64,000 bases of DNA from Auanema rhodensis (taxonomy: Eukaryota > Animalia > Nematoda): NCBI GenBank assembly GCA_964057225.1, contig OZ059900.1:17608001-17672000 (forward strand), written 5' to 3'. Within the stretch, counting starts at the first letter, position 1. The number at the start of each line of letters is the position of its first letter. A program made the translations under genes and the position numbers. Shown here in pieces: positions 42,427 to 57,497 of this stretch. Under the pieces are notes generated by a model. It saw only the letters and a list, made by a program, of their open reading frames with translations, was not told where the DNA came from and ran no database searches.

Positions 42427-43110
42427 CATGCTGAACACTAAAAAAATACAAAAACACAGTATTTCCCATGAGAAATATTTTATTATGCTGGAAAACGAGT
42501 TTTTGGAAATTTCGCTGTAAACAAGGTTTTGACTTACGATTTCATGTGTTCAAACTCATGCAATGTCAATGAAACCTAGCTCAAAATTGTTCCTACAACG
42601 TCTAGTTCCACTTTCACGACAAAAAAACAGGGGTTAGAAAATTAAGGAAATTAGCATATTCTGAGGGCACGCCCTTTATGGCTAATATTGATTAAATCGA
42701 TTTTTGTTCATATGAGTCGTCAAATGCAACGAATTTCAGCGTGTTACATACTAAAATGAAACATTTTACATGCTGAACACTATAAAAATACAAAAACACA
42801 GTATTTCCCATGAGAAATATTTTATTATGCTGGAAAACGAGTTTTTGGAAATTTCGCTGTAAACAAGGTTTTGACTTACGATTTCATGTGTTCAAACTCA
42901 TGCAATGTCAATGAAACCTAGCTCAAAATTGTTCCTACAACGTCTAGTTCCACTTTCACGACAAAAAAACAGGGGTTAGAAAATTAAGGAAATTAGCATA
43001 TTCTGAGGGCACGCCCCTTATGGCTAATATTGATTAAATCGATTTTTGTTCATATGAGTCGTCAAATGAAACGAATTTCAGCGTGTTACATACTAAAATG
43101 AAGCATTTTA
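36271..43110 (+). repeat. 10-monomer (3420-bp) tandem duplication
   Basis: CAGACTAAAA at 37961/41381, GGGTACG at 36512/39932 and 38222/41642, TTTCGGCG at 37266/40686. All pairs are +3420. Confidence 0.9.
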
Positions 43111-46100
43111 CATGCTGAACACTAGAAAAATACAAAAACACAGTATTTCCCATGAGAAATATTTTATTATGCTGGAAAACCAGTTTTTGGAAATTTCGCT
43201 GTAAACAAGGTTTTGACTTACGATTTCATGTGTTCAAACTCATGCAATGTCAATGAAACCTAGCTCAAAATTGTTCCTACAACGTCTAGTTCCACTTTCA
43301 CGACAACAAAACAGGGGTTAGAAAATTAAGGAAATTAGCATATTCTGAGGGCACGCCCCTTATGGCTAATATTGATTAAATCGATTTTTGTTCATATGAG
43401 TCGTCAAATGCAACGAATTTCAGCGTGTTACATACTAAAATGAAACATTTTACATGCTGAACACTATAAAAATACAAAAACACAGTATTTCCCATGAGAA
43501 ATATTTTATTATGCTGGAAAACGAGTTTTTGGAAATTTCGCTGTAAACAAGGTTTTGACTTACGATTTCATGTGTTCAAACTCATGCAATGTCAATGAAA
43601 CCTAGCTCAAAATTGTTCCTACAACGTCTAGTTCCACTTTCACGACAAAAAAACAGGGGTTAGAAAATTAAGGAAATTAGCATATTCTGAGGGCACGCCC
43701 CTTATGGCTAATATTGATTAAATCGATTTTTGTTCATATGAGTCGTCAAATGAAACGAATTTCAGCGTGTTACATACTAAAATGAAGCATTTTACATGCT
43801 GAACACTAGAAAAATACAAAAACACAGTATTTCCCATGAGAAATATTTTATTATGCTGGAAAACCAGTTTTTGGAAATTTCGCTGTAAACAAGGTTTTGA
43901 CTTACGATTTCATGTGTTCAAACTCATGCAATGTCAATGAAACCTAGCTCAAAATTGTTCCTACAACGTCTAGTTCCACTTTCACGACAACAAAACAGGG
44001 GTTAGAAAATTAAGGAAATTAGCATATTCTGAGGGCACGCCCCTTATGGCTAATATTGATTAAATCGATTTTTGTTCATATGAGTCGTCAAATGCAACGA
44101 ATTTCAGCGTGTTACATACTAAAATGAAGCATTTCACATGCTGAACACTAGAAAAATACAAAAACACAGTATTTCCTATGAGAAATATTTTATTATGCTG
44201 GAAAACCAGTTTTTGGAAATTTCGCTGTAAACAAGGTTTTGACTTACGATTTCATGTGTTCAAACTCATGCAATGTCAATGAAACCTAGCTCAAAATTGT
44301 TCCTACAACGTCTAGTTCCACTTTCACGACAAAAAAACAGGGGTTAGAAAATTAAGGAAATTAGCATATTCTGAGGGCACGCCTCTTATGGCTAATATTG
44401 ATTAAATCGATTTTTGTTCATATGAGTCGTCAAATGCAACGAATTTCAGCGTGTTACATACTAAAATGAAGCATTTTACATGCTGAACACTATAAAAATA
44501 CAAAAACACAGTATTTCCCATGAGAAATATTTTATTATGCTGGAAAACCAGTTTTTGGAAATTTCGCTGTAAACAAGGTTTTGACTTACGATTTCATGTG
44601 TTCAAACTCATGCAATGTCAATGAAACCTAGCTCAAAATTGTTCCTACAACGTCTAGTTCCACTTTCACGACAACAAAACAGGGGTTAGAAAATTAAGGA
44701 AATTAGCATATTCTGAGGGCACGCCCCTTATGGCTAATATTGATTAAATCGATTTTTGTTCATATGAGTCGTCAAATGCAACGAATTTCAGCGTGTTACA
44801 TACTAAAATGAAGCATTTCACATGCTGAACACTAGAAAAATACAAAAACACAGTATTTCCCATGAGAAATATTTTATTATGCTGGAAAACCAGTTTTTGG
44901 AAATTTCGCTGTAAACAAGGTTTTGACTTACGATTTCATGTGTTCAAACTCATGCAATGTCAATGAAACCTAGCTCAAAATTGTTGGTACAACGTCTAGT
45001 TCCACTTTCACGACAAAAAAACAGGGGTTAGAAAATTGAGGAAATTAGCATAATCTGAGGGCACGCCCCTTATGGCTAATATTGATTAAATCGATTTTTG
45101 TTCATATGAGTCGTCAAATGCAATTAATTTCAGCGTGTCACATACTAAAATGAAGCATTTTACATGCTGAACACTAAAAAAATACAAAAACACAGTATTT
45201 CCCATGAGAAATATTTTATTATGCTGGAAAACGAGTTTTTGGAAATTTCGCTGTAAACAAGGTTTTGACTTACGATTTCATGTGTTCAAACTCATGCAAT
45301 GTCAATGAAATCTAGCTCGAAATTGTTCCTACAACGTCTAGTTCCACTTTCACGACAAAAAAACAGGGGTTAGAAAATTAAGGAAATTAGCAGATTCTGA
45401 GGGCACGCCCTTTATGGCTTATATTGATTAAATCGATTTTTGTTCATATGAGTCGTCAAATGCAACGAATTTCAGCGTGTTACATACTAAAATGAAACAT
45501 TTTACATGCTGAACACTATAAAAATACAAAAACACAGTATTTCCCATGAGAAATATTTTATTATGCTGGAAAACCAGTTTTTGGAAATTTCGCTGTAAAC
45601 AAGGTTTTGACTTACGATTTCATGTGTTCAAACTCATGCAATGTCAATGAAACCTAGCTCAAAATTGTTCGTACAACGTCTAGTTCCACTTTCACGACAA
45701 AAAAACAGGGGTTAGAAAATTAAGGAAATTAGCATATTCTGAGGGCACGCCCCTTATGGCTAATATTGATTAAATCGATTTTTGTTCATATGAGTCGTCA
45801 AATGCAACGAATTTCAGCGTGTTACATACTAAAATGAAGCATTTTACATGCTGAACACTAAAAAAATACAAAAACACAGTATTTCCCATGAGAAATATTT
45901 TATTATGCTGGAAAACGAGTTTTTGGAAATTTCGCTGTAAACAAGGTTTTGACTTACGATTTCATGTGTTCAAACTCATGCAATGTCAATGAAACCTAGC
46001 TCAAAATTGTTCCTACAACGTCTAGTTCCACTTTCACGACAAAAAAACAGGGGTTAGAAAATTAAGGAAATTAGCATATTCTGAGGGCACGCCCTTTATG

Positions 46101-49100
46101 GCTAATATTGATTAAATCGATTTTTGTTCATATGAGTCGTCAAATGCAACGAATTTCAGCGTGTTACATACTAAAATGAAACATTTTACATGCTGAACAC
46201 TATAAAAATACAAAAACACAGTATTTCCCATGAGAAATATTTTATTATGCTGGAAAACGAGTTTTTGGAAATTTCGCTGTAAACAAGGTTTTGACTTACG
46301 ATTTCATGTGTTCAAACTCATGCAATGTCAATGAAACCTAGCTCAAAATTGTTCCTACAACGTCTAGTTCCACTTTCACGACAAAAAAACAGGGGTTAGA
46401 AAAATAAGGAAATTAGCATATTCTGAGGGCACGCCCCTTATGGCTAATATTGATTAAATCGATTTTTGTTCATATGAGTCGTCAAATGAAACGAATTTCA
46501 GCGTGTTACATACTAAAATGAAGCATTTTACATGCTGAACACTAGAAAAATACAAAAACACAGTATTTCCCATGAGAAATATTTTATTATGCTGGAAAAC
46601 CAGTTTTTGGAAATTTCGCTGTAAACAAGGTTTTGACTTACGATTTCATGTGTTCAAACTCATGCAATGTCAATGAAACCTAGCTCAAAATTGTTCCTAC
46701 AACGTCTAGTTCCACTTTCACGACAACAAAACAGGGGTTAGAAAATTAAGGAAATTAGCATATTCTGAGGGCACGCCCCTTATGGCTAATATTGATTAAA
46801 TCGATTTTTGTTCATATGAGTCGTCAAATGCAACGAATTTCAGCGTGTTACATACTAAAATGAAGCATTTCACATGCTGAACACTAGAAAAATACAAAAA
46901 CACAGTATTTCCTATGAGAAATATTTTATTATGCTGGAAAACCAGTTTTTGGAAATTTCGCTGTAAACAAGGTTTTGACTTACGATTTCATGTGTTCAAA
47001 CTCATGCAATGTCAATGAAACCTAGCTCAAAATTGTTCCTACAACGTCTAGTTCCACTTTCACGACAAAAAAACAGGGGTTAGAAAATTAAGGAAATTAG
47101 CATATTCTGAGGGCACGCCTCTTATGGCTAATATTGATTAAATCGATTTTTGTTCATATGAGTCGTCAAATGCAACGAATTTCAGCGTGTTACATACTAA
47201 AATGAAGCATTTTACATGCTGAACACTATAAAAATACAAAAACACAGTATTTCCCATGAGAAATATTTTATTATGCTGGAAAACCAGTTTTTGGAAATTT
47301 CGCTGTAAACAAGGTTTTGACTTACGATTTCATGTGTTCAAACTCATGCAATGTCAATGAAACCTAGCTCAAAATTGTTCGTACAACGTCTAGTTCCACT
47401 TTCACGACAAAAAAACAGGGGTTAGAAAATTGAGGAAATTAGCATATTCTGAGGGCACGCCCCTTATGGCTAATATTGATTAAATCGATTTTTGTTCATA
47501 TGAGTCGTCAAATGCAATTAATTTCAGCGTGTCACATACTAAAATGAAGCATTTTACATGCTGAACACTAAAAAAATACAAAAACACAGTATTTCCCATG
47601 AGAAATATTTTATTATGCTGGAAAACGAGTTTTTGGAAATTTCGCTGTAAACAAGGTTTTGACTTACGATTTCATGTGTTCAAACTCATGCAATGTCAAT
47701 GAAACCTAGCTCAAAATTGTTCCTACAACGTCTAGTTCCACTTTCACGACAAAAAAACAGGGGTTAGAAAATTAAGGAAATTAGCAGATTCTGAGGGCAC
47801 GCCCTTTATGGCTAATATTGATTAAATCGATTTTTGTTCATATGAGTCGTCAAATGCAACGAATTTCAGCGTGTTACATACTAAAATGAAGCATTTCACA
47901 TGCTGAACACTAGAAAAATACAAAAACACAGTATTTCCCATGAGAAATATTTTATTATGCTGGAAAACCAGTTTTTGGAAATTTCGCTGTAAACAAGGTT
48001 TTGACTTACGATTTCATGTGTTCAAACTCATGCAATGTCAATGAAACCTAGCTCAAGATTGTTGGTACAACGTCTAGTTCCACTTTCACGACAAAAAAAC
48101 AGGGGTTAGAAAATTGAGGAAATTAGCATAATCTGAGGGCACGCCCCTTATGGCTAATATTGATTAAATCGATTTTTGTTCATATGAGTCGTCAAATGCA
48201 ATTAATTTCAGCGTGTCACATACTAAAATGAAGCATTTTACATGCTGAACACTAAAAAAATACAAAAACACAGTATTTCCCATGAGAAATATTTTATTAT
48301 GCTGGAAAACGAGTTTTTGGAAATTTCGCTGTAAACAAGGTTTTGACTTACGATTTCATGTGTTCAAACTCATGCAATGTCAATGAAATCTAGCTCGAAA
48401 TTGTTCCTACAACGTCTAGTTCCACTTTCACGACAAAAAAACAGCGGTTAGAAAATTAAGGAAATTAGCAGATTCTGAGGGCACGCCCTTTATGGCTTAT
48501 ATTGATTAAATCGATTTTTGTTCATATGAGTCGTCAAATGCAACGAATTTCAGCGTGTTACATACTAAAATGAAACATTTTACATGCTGAACACTATAAA
48601 AATACAAAAACACAGTATTTCCCATGAGAAATATTTTATTATGCTGGAAAACCAGTTTTTGGAAATTTCGCTGTAAACAAGGTTTTGACTTACGATTTCA
48701 TGTGTTCAAACTCATGCAATGTCAATGAAACCTAGCTCAAAATTGTTCGTACAACGTCTAGTTCCACTTTCACGACAAAAAAACAGGGGTTAGAAAATTA
48801 AGGAAATTAGCATATTCTGAGGGCACGCCCCTTATGGCTAATATTGATTAAATCGATTTTTGTTCATATGAGTCGTCAAATGCAACGAATTTCAGCGTGT
48901 TACATACTAAAATGAAGCATTTTACATGCTGAACACTAAAAAAATACAAAAACACAGTATTTCCCATGAGAAATATTTTATTATGCTGGAAAACGAGTTT
49001 TTGGAAATTTCGCTGTAAACAAGGTTTTGACTTACGATTTCATGTGTTCAAACTCATGCAATGTCAATGAAACCTAGCTCAAAATTGTTCCTACAACGTC

Positions 49101-52100
49101 TAGTTCCACTTTCACGACAAAAAAACAGGGGTTAGAAAATTAAGGAAATTAGCATATTCTGAGGGCACGCCCTTTATGGCTAATATTGATTAAATCGATT
49201 TTTGTTCATATGAGTCGTCAAATGCAACGAATTTCAGCGTGTTACATACTAAAATGAAACATTTTACATGCTGAACACTATAAAAATACAAAAACACAGT
49301 ATTTCCCATGAGAAATATTTTATTATGCTGGAAAACGAGTTTTTGGAAATTTCGCTGTAAACAAGGTTTTGACTTACGATTTCATGTGTTCAAACTCATG
49401 CAATGTCAATGAAACCTAGCTCAAAATTGTTCCTACAACGTCTAGTTCCACTTTCACGACAAAAAAACAGGGGTTAGAAAATTAAGGAAATTAGCATATT
49501 CTGAGGGCACGCCCCTTATGGCTAATATTGATTAAATCGATTTTTGTTCATATGAGTCGTCAAATGAAACGAATTTCAGCGTGTTACATACTAAAATGAA
49601 GCATTTTACATGCTGAACACTAGAAAAATACAAAAACACAGTATTTCCCATGAGAAATATTTTATTATGCTGGAAAACCAGTTTTTGGAAATTTCGCTGT
49701 AAACAAGGTTTTGACTTACGATTTCATGTGTTCAAACTCATGCAATGTCAATGAAACCTAGCTCAAAATTGTTCCTACAACGTCTAGTTCCACTTTCACG
49801 ACAACAAAACAGGGGTTAGAAAATTAAGGAAATTAGCATATTCTGAGGGCACGCCCCTTATGGCTAATATTGATTAAATCGATTTTTGTTCATATGAGTC
49901 GTCAACTGCAACGAATTTCAGCGTGTTACATACTAAAATGAAGCATTTCACATGCTGAACACTAGAAAAATACAAAAACACAGTATTTCCTATGAGAAAT
50001 ATTTTATTATGCTGGAAAACCAGTTTTTGGAAATTTCGCTGTAAACAAGGTTTTGACTTACGATTTCATGTGTTCAAACTCATGCAATGTCAATGAAACC
50101 TAGCTCAAAATTGTTCCTACAACGTCTAGTTCCACTTTCACGACAAAAAAACAGGGGTTAGAAAATTAAGGAAATTAGCATATTCTGAGGGCACGCCTCT
50201 TATGGCTAATATTGATTAAATCGATTTTTGTTCATATGAGTCGTCAAATGCAACGAATTTCAGCGTGTTACATACTAAAATGAAGCATTTTACATGCTGA
50301 ACACTATAAAAATACAAAAACACAGTATTTCCCATGAGAAATATTTTATTATGCTGGAAAACCAGTTTTTGGAAATTTCGCTGTAAACAAGGTTTTGACT
50401 TACGATTTCATGTGTTCAAACTCATGCAATGTCAATGAAACCTAGCTCAAAATTGTTCGTACAACGTCTAGTTCCACTTTCACGACAAAAAAACAGGGGT
50501 TAGAAAATTGAGGAAATTAGCATATTCTGAGGGCACGCCCCTTATGGCTAATATTGATTAAATCGATTTTTTTTCATATGAGTCGTCAAATGCAATTAAT
50601 TTCAGCGTGTCACATACTAAAATGAAGCATTTTACATGCTGAACACTAAAAAAATACAAAAACACAGTATTTCCCATGAGAAATATTTTATTATGCTGGA
50701 AAACGAGTTTTTGGAAATTTCGCTGTAAACAAGGTTTTGACTTACGATTTCATGTGTTCAAACTCATGCAATGTCAATGAAATCTAGCTCAAAATTGTTC
50801 CTACAACGTCTAGTTCCACTTTCACGACAAAAAAACAGGGGTTAGAAAATTAAGGAAATTAGCAGATTCTGAGGGCACGCCCTTTATGGCTTATATTGAT
50901 TAAATCGATTTTTGTTCATATGAGTCGTCAAATGCAACGAATTTCAGCGTGTTACATACTAAAATGAAACATTTTACATGCTGAACACTATAAAAATACA
51001 AAAACACAGTATTTCCCATGAGAAATATTTTATTATGCTGGAAAACCAGTTTTTGGAAATTTCGCTGTAAACAAGGTTTTGACTTACGATTTCATGTGTT
51101 CAAACTCATGCAATGTCAATGAAACCTAGCTCAAAATTGTTCCTACAACGTCTAGTTCCACTTTCACGACAACAAAACAGGGGTTAGAAAATTAAGGAAA
51201 TTAGCATAATCTGAGGGCACGCCCTTTATGGCTAATATTGATTAAATCGATTTTTGTTCATATGAGTCGTCAAATGCAACGAATTTCAGCGTGTTACATA
51301 CTAAAATGAAACATTTTACATGCTGAACACTATAAAAATACAAAAACACAGTATTTCCCATGAGAAATATTTTATTATGCTGGAAAACCAGTTTTTGGAA
51401 ATTTCGCTGTAAACAAGGTTTTGACTTACGATTTCATGTGTTCAAACTCATGCAATGTCAATGAAATCTAGCTCGAAATTGTTCCTACAACGTCTAGTTC
51501 CACTTTCACGACAAAAAAACAGGGGTTAGAAAATTAAGGAAATTAGCATATTCTGAGGGCACGCCCTTTATGGCTAATATTGATTAAATCGATTTTTGTT
51601 CATATGAGTCGTCAAATGAAACGAATTTCAGCGTGTTACATACTAAAATGAAGCATTTTACATGCTGAACACTAGAAAAATACAAAAACACAGTATTTCC
51701 CATGAGAAATATTTTATTATGCTGGAAAACCAGTTTTTGGAAATTTCGCTGTAAACAAGGTTTTGACTTACGATTTCATGTGTTCAAACTCATGCAATGT
51801 CAATGAAACCTAGCTCAAAATTGTTCCTACAACGTCTAGTTCCACTTTCACGACAACAAAACAGGGGTTAGAAAATTAAGGAAATTAGCATATTCTGAGG
51901 GCACGCCCCTTATGGCTAATATTGATTAAATCGATTTTTGTTCATATGAGTCGTCAAATGCAACGAATTTCAGCGTGTTACATACTAAAATGAAGCATTT
52001 CACATGCTGAACACTAGAAAAATACAAAAACACAGTATTTCCTATGAGAAATATTTTATTATGCTGGAAAACCAGTTTTTGGAAATTTCGCTGTAAACAA

Positions 52101-55100
52101 GGTTTTGACTTACGATTTCATGTGTTCAAACTCATGCAATGTCAATGAAACCTAGCTCAAAATTGTTCCTACAACGTCTAGTTCCACTTTCACGACAAAA
52201 AAACAGGGGTTAGAAAATTAAGGAAATTAGCATATTCTGAGGGCACGCCTCTTATGGCTAATATTGATTAAATCGATTTTTGTTCATATGAGTCGTCAAA
52301 TGCAACGAATTTCAGCGTGTTACATACTAAAATGAAACATTTTACATGCTGAACACTATAAAAATACAAAAACACAGTATTTCCCATGAGAAATATTTTA
52401 TTATGCTGGAAAACCAGTTTTTGGAAATTTCGCTGTAAACAAGGTTTTGACTTACGATTTCATGTGTTCAAACTCATGCAATGTCAATGAAACCTAGCTC
52501 AAAATTGTTCCTACAACGTCTAGTTCCACTTTCACGACAACAAAACAGGGGTTAGAAAATTAAGGAAATTAGCATATTCTGAGGGCACGCCCTTTATGGC
52601 TAATATTGATTAAATCGATTTTTGTTCATATGAGTCGTCAAATGCAACGAATTTCAGCGTGTTACATACTAAAATGAAACATTTTACATGCTGAACACTA
52701 TAAAAATACAAAAACACAGTATTTCCCATGAGAAATATTTTATTATGCTGGAAAACCAGTTTTTGGAAATTTCGCTGTAAACAAGGTTTTGACTTACGAT
52801 TTCATGTGTTCAAACTCATGCAATGTCAATGAAACCTAGCTCAAAATTGTTCGTACAACGTCTAGTTCCACTTTCACGACAAAAAAACAGGGGTTAGAAA
52901 ATTAAGGAAATTAGCATATTCTGAGGGCACGCCTCTTATGGCTAATATTGATTAAATCGATTTTTGTTCATATGAGTCGTCAAATGCAACGAATTTCAGC
53001 GTGTTACATACTAAAATGAAGCATTTTACATGCTGAACACTAGAAAAATACAAAAACACAGTTTTTCCCATGAGAAATATTTTATTATGCTGGAAAACCA
53101 GTTTTTGGAAATTTCGCTGTAAACAAGGTTTTGACTTACGATTTCATGTGTTCAAACTCATGCAATGTCAATGAAACCTAGCTCAAAATTGTTCGTACAA
53201 CGTCTAGTTCCACTTTCACGACAAAAAAACAGGGGTTAGAAAATTTAGGAAATTAGCATATTCTGAGGGCACGCCCCTTATGGCTAATATTGATTAAATC
53301 GATTTTTGTTCATATGAGTCGTCAAATGCAACGAATTTCAGCGTGTTACATACTAAAATGAAGTATTTTGCATGCTGAACACTAGAAAAATACAAAAACA
53401 CAGTATTTCCCATGAGAAATATTTTATTATGCTGGAAAACCAGTTTTTGGAAATTTCGCTGTAAACAAGGTTTTGACTTACGATTTCATGTGTTCAAACT
53501 CATGCAATGTCAATGAAACCTAGCTCAAAATTGTTCCTACAACGTCTAGTTCCACTTTCACGACAAAAAACAGGGGTTAGAAAATTAAGGAAATTAGCAT
53601 AATCTGAGGGCACGCCCCTTATGGCTAATATTGATTAAATCGATTTTTGTTCATATGAGTCGTCAAATGCAACGAATTTCAGCGTGTCACATACTTAAAT
53701 GAAGCATTTTACATGCTGAACACTAGAAAAATACAAAAACACAGTATTTCCCATGAGAAATATTTTATTATGCTGGAAAACCAGTTTTTGGAATTTTCGC
53801 TGTAAACAAGGTTTTGACTTACGATTTCATGTGTTCAAACTCATGCAATGTCAAAGAAATCTAGCTCAAAATTGTTCCTACAACGTCTAGTTCCACTTTC
53901 ACGACAAAAAAACAGGGGTTAGAAAATTAAGGAAATTAGCATATTCTGAGGGCACGCCTCTTATGGCTAATATTGATTAAATCGATTTTTGTTCATATGA
54001 GTCGTCAAATGCAACGAATTTCAGCGTGTTACATACTAAAATGAAGCATTTTACATGCTGAACACTAGAAAATTACAAAAACACAGTTTTTCCCATGAGA
54101 AATATTTTATTATGCTGGAAAACCAGTTTTTGGAAATTTCGCTGTAAACAAGGTTTTGACTTACGATTTCATGTGTTCAAACTCATGCAATGTCAATGAA
54201 ACCTAGCTCAAAATTGTTCGTACAACGTCTAGTTCCACTTTCACGACAAAAAAACAGGGGTTAGAAAATTTAGGAAATTAGCATATTCTGAGGGCACGCC
54301 CCTTATGGCTAATATTGATTAAATCGATTTTTGTTCATATGAGTCGTCAAATGCAACGAATTTCAGCGTGTTACATACTAAAATGAAGTATTTTGCATGC
54401 TGAACACTAGAAAAATACAAAAACACAGTATTTCCCATGAGAAATATTTTATTATGCTGGAAAACCAGTTTTTGGAAATTTCGCTGTAAACAAGGTTTTG
54501 ACTTACGATTTTATGTGTTCAAACTCATGCAATGTCAATGAAACCTAGCTCAAAATTGTTCCTACAACGTCTAGTTCCACTTTCACGACAAAAAACAGGG
54601 GTTAGAAAATTAAGGAAATTAGCATAATCTGAGGGCACGCCCCTTATGGCTAATATTGATTAAATCGATTTTTGTTCATATGAGTCGTCAAATGCAACGA
54701 ATTTCAGCGTGTCACATACTTAAATGAAGCATTTTACATGCTGAACACTAGAAAAATACAAAAACACAGTATTTCCCATGAGAAATATTTTATTATGCTG
54801 GAAAACCACTTTTTGGAAATTTCGCTGTAAACAAGGTTTTGACTTACGATTTCATGTGTTCAAACTCATGCAATGTCAATGAAACCTAGCTCAAAACTGT
54901 TCCTACAACGTCTAGTTCCACTTTCACGACAAAAAAACAGGGGTTAGAAAATTAAGGAAATTAGCATATTCTGAGGGCACGACCCTTATGGCTAATATTG
55001 ATTAAATCGATTTTTGTTCATATGAGTCGTCAAATGCAACGAATTTCAGCGTGTTACATACTAAAATGAAGCATTTTACATGCTGAACACCATAAAAATA

Positions 55101-56792
55101 CAAAAACACAGTATTTCCCATGAGAAATATTTTATTATGCTGGAAAACCAGTTTTTGGAAGTTTCGCTGTAAACAAGGTTTTGACTTACGATTTCATGTG
55201 TTCAAACTCATGCAATGTCAATGAAACCTAGCTCAAAATTGTTCCTACAACGTCTAATTCCACTTTCACGACAAAAAAACAGGGGTTAGAAAATTAAGGA
55301 AATTAGCATATTCTGAGGGCACGCCCCTTATGGCTAATATTGATTAAATCGATTTTTGTTCATATGAGTCGTCAAATGCAACGAATTTCAGCGTGTTACA
55401 TACTAAAATGAAGCATTTTACATGCTGAACACTATAAAAATACAAAAACACAGTATTTCCCATGAGAAATATTTTATTATGCTGGAAAACCAGTTTTTGG
55501 AAATTTCGCTGTAAACAAGGTTTTGACTTACGATTTCATGTGTTCAAACTCATGCAATGTCAATGAAACCTAGCTCAAAATTGTTCCTACAACGTCTAGT
55601 TCCACTTTCACGACAAAAAACAGGGGTTAGAAAATTAAGGAAATTAGCATATTCTGAGGGCACGCCCCTTATGGCTAATATTGATTAAATCGATTTTTGT
55701 TCATATGAGTCGTCAAATGCAACGAATTTCAGCGTGTTACATACTAAAATGAAGCATTTTACATGCTGAACACTAGAAAAATACAAAAACACAGTATTTC
55801 CCATGAGAAATATTTTATTATGCTGGAAAACCAGTTTTTGGAAATTTCGCTGTAAACAAGGTTTTGACTTACGATTTCATGTGTTCAAACTCATGCAATG
55901 TCAATGAAACCTAGCTCAAAATTGTTCCTACAACGTCTAGTTCCACTTTCACGACAACAAAACAGGGGTTAGAAAATTAAGGAAATTAGCATATTCTGAG
56001 GGCACGCCCCTTATGGCTAATATTGATTAAATCGATTTTTGTTCATATGAGTCGTCAAATGCAACGAATTTCAGCGTGTTACATACTAAAATGAAGCATT
56101 TCACATGCTGAACACTAGAAAAATACAAAAACACAGTATTTCCCATAAGAAATATTTTATTATGCTGGAAAACCAGTTTTTGGAAAGTTCGCTGTAAACA
56201 AGGTTTTGACTTACGATTTCATGTGTTCAAACTCATGCAATGTCAATGAAACCTAGCTCAAAATTGTTCCTACAACGTCTAGTTCCACTTTCACGACAAC
56301 AAAACAGGGGTTAGAAAATTAAGGAAATTAGCATATTCTGAGGGCACGCCCTTTATGGCTAATATTGATTAAATCGATTTTTGTTCATATGAGTCGTCAA
56401 ATGCAACGAATTTCAGCGTGTTACATACTAAAATGAAACATTTTACATGCTGAACACTATAAAAATACAAAAACACAGTATTTCCCATGAGAAATATTTT
56501 ATTATGCTGGAAAACCAGTTTTTGGAAATTTCGCTGTAAACAAGGTTTTGACTTACGATTTCATGTGTTCAAACTCATGCAATGTCAATGAAACCTAGCT
56601 CAAAATTGTTCCTACAACGTCTAGTTCCACTTTCACGACAAAAAAACAGGGGTTAGAAAATTAAGGAAATTAGCATATTCTGAGGGCACGCCCCTTATGG
56701 CTAATATTGATTAAATCGATTTTTGTTCATATGAGTCGTCAAACGAAACGAATTTCAGCGTGTTACATACTAAAATGAAGCATTTTACATGC

Positions 56793-56940
56793 TGAACACT
56801 AGAAAAATACAAAAACACAGTATTTCCCATGAGAAATATTTTATTATGCTGGAAAACCAGTTTTTGAACACTAGAAAAATACAAAAACACAGTATTTCCC
56901 ATGAGAAATATTTTATTATGCTGGAAAACCAGTTTTTGAA
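56793..56940 (+). repeat. 72-bp tandem duplication within one monomer plus a 1-bp G deletion (net +71 bp)
   Basis: TGAACACTAG...CCAGTTTT occurs at 56793 and again at 56865. The monomer runs 56788-57200 = 413 bp. Confidence 0.95.
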
Positions 56941-57487
56941 ATTTCGCTGTAAACAAGGTTTTGACTTACGATTTCATGTGTTCAAACTCATGCAATGTCA
57001 ATGAAACCTAGCTCAAAATTGTTATTACAACGTCTAGTTCCACTTTCACGACAAAAAAACAGGGGTTAGAAAATTAAGGAAATTAGCATATTCTGAGGGC
57101 ACGCCTCTTATGGCTAATATTGATTAAATCGATTTTTGTTCATATGAGTCGTCAAATGCAACGAATTTCAGCGTGTTACATACTAAAATGAAGCATTTTA
57201 CATGCTGAACACTATAAAAATACAAAAACACAGTATTTCCCATGAGAAATATTTTATTATGCTGGAAAACCAGTTTTTGGAAATTTCGCTGTAAACAAGG
57301 TTTTGACTTACGATTTCATGTGTTCAAACTCATGCAATGTCAATGAAACCTAGCTCAAAATTGTTCCTACAACGTCTAGTTCCACTTTCACGACAACAAA
57401 ACAGGGGTTAGAAAATTAAGGAAATTAGCATATTCTGAGGGCACGCCCCTTATGGCTAATATTGATTAAATCGATTTTTGTTCATAT

Positions 57488-57497
57488 ATTTTTTTTT
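57488..57497. other. 10-nt non-satellite filler (ATTTTTTTTT) at the left inversion junction
   Basis: The forward monomer stops at ...TTCATAT (57487; consensus continues GAG). A + T9 follows, then the inverted satellite begins. The longest consensus homopolymer is A7. Confidence 0.9.

Larger units (their letters stand above)
1..57487 (+). repeat. 342-bp tandem satellite DNA array, head-to-tail, forward orientation (about 168 monomers)
   Basis: CATGCTGAACACTAG recurs at 1, 343, 685, 1046 (after a 19-bp insertion), 1388 and onward with a 342-bp period. Monomers differ by 0 to a few substitutions. The array continues beyond the left window edge. Monomer positions quoted elsewhere use window 1-342 as reference, so the phase is arbitrary. 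Confidence 0.99.

Noticed and set aside
56711-57004. Overlapping 81-aa (minus) and 71-aa (plus) ORFs with a 24-aa repeat
   Set aside because: They exist only because the 72-bp duplication is a multiple of three and lengthens chance open frames of the satellite. There is no recognisable domain.
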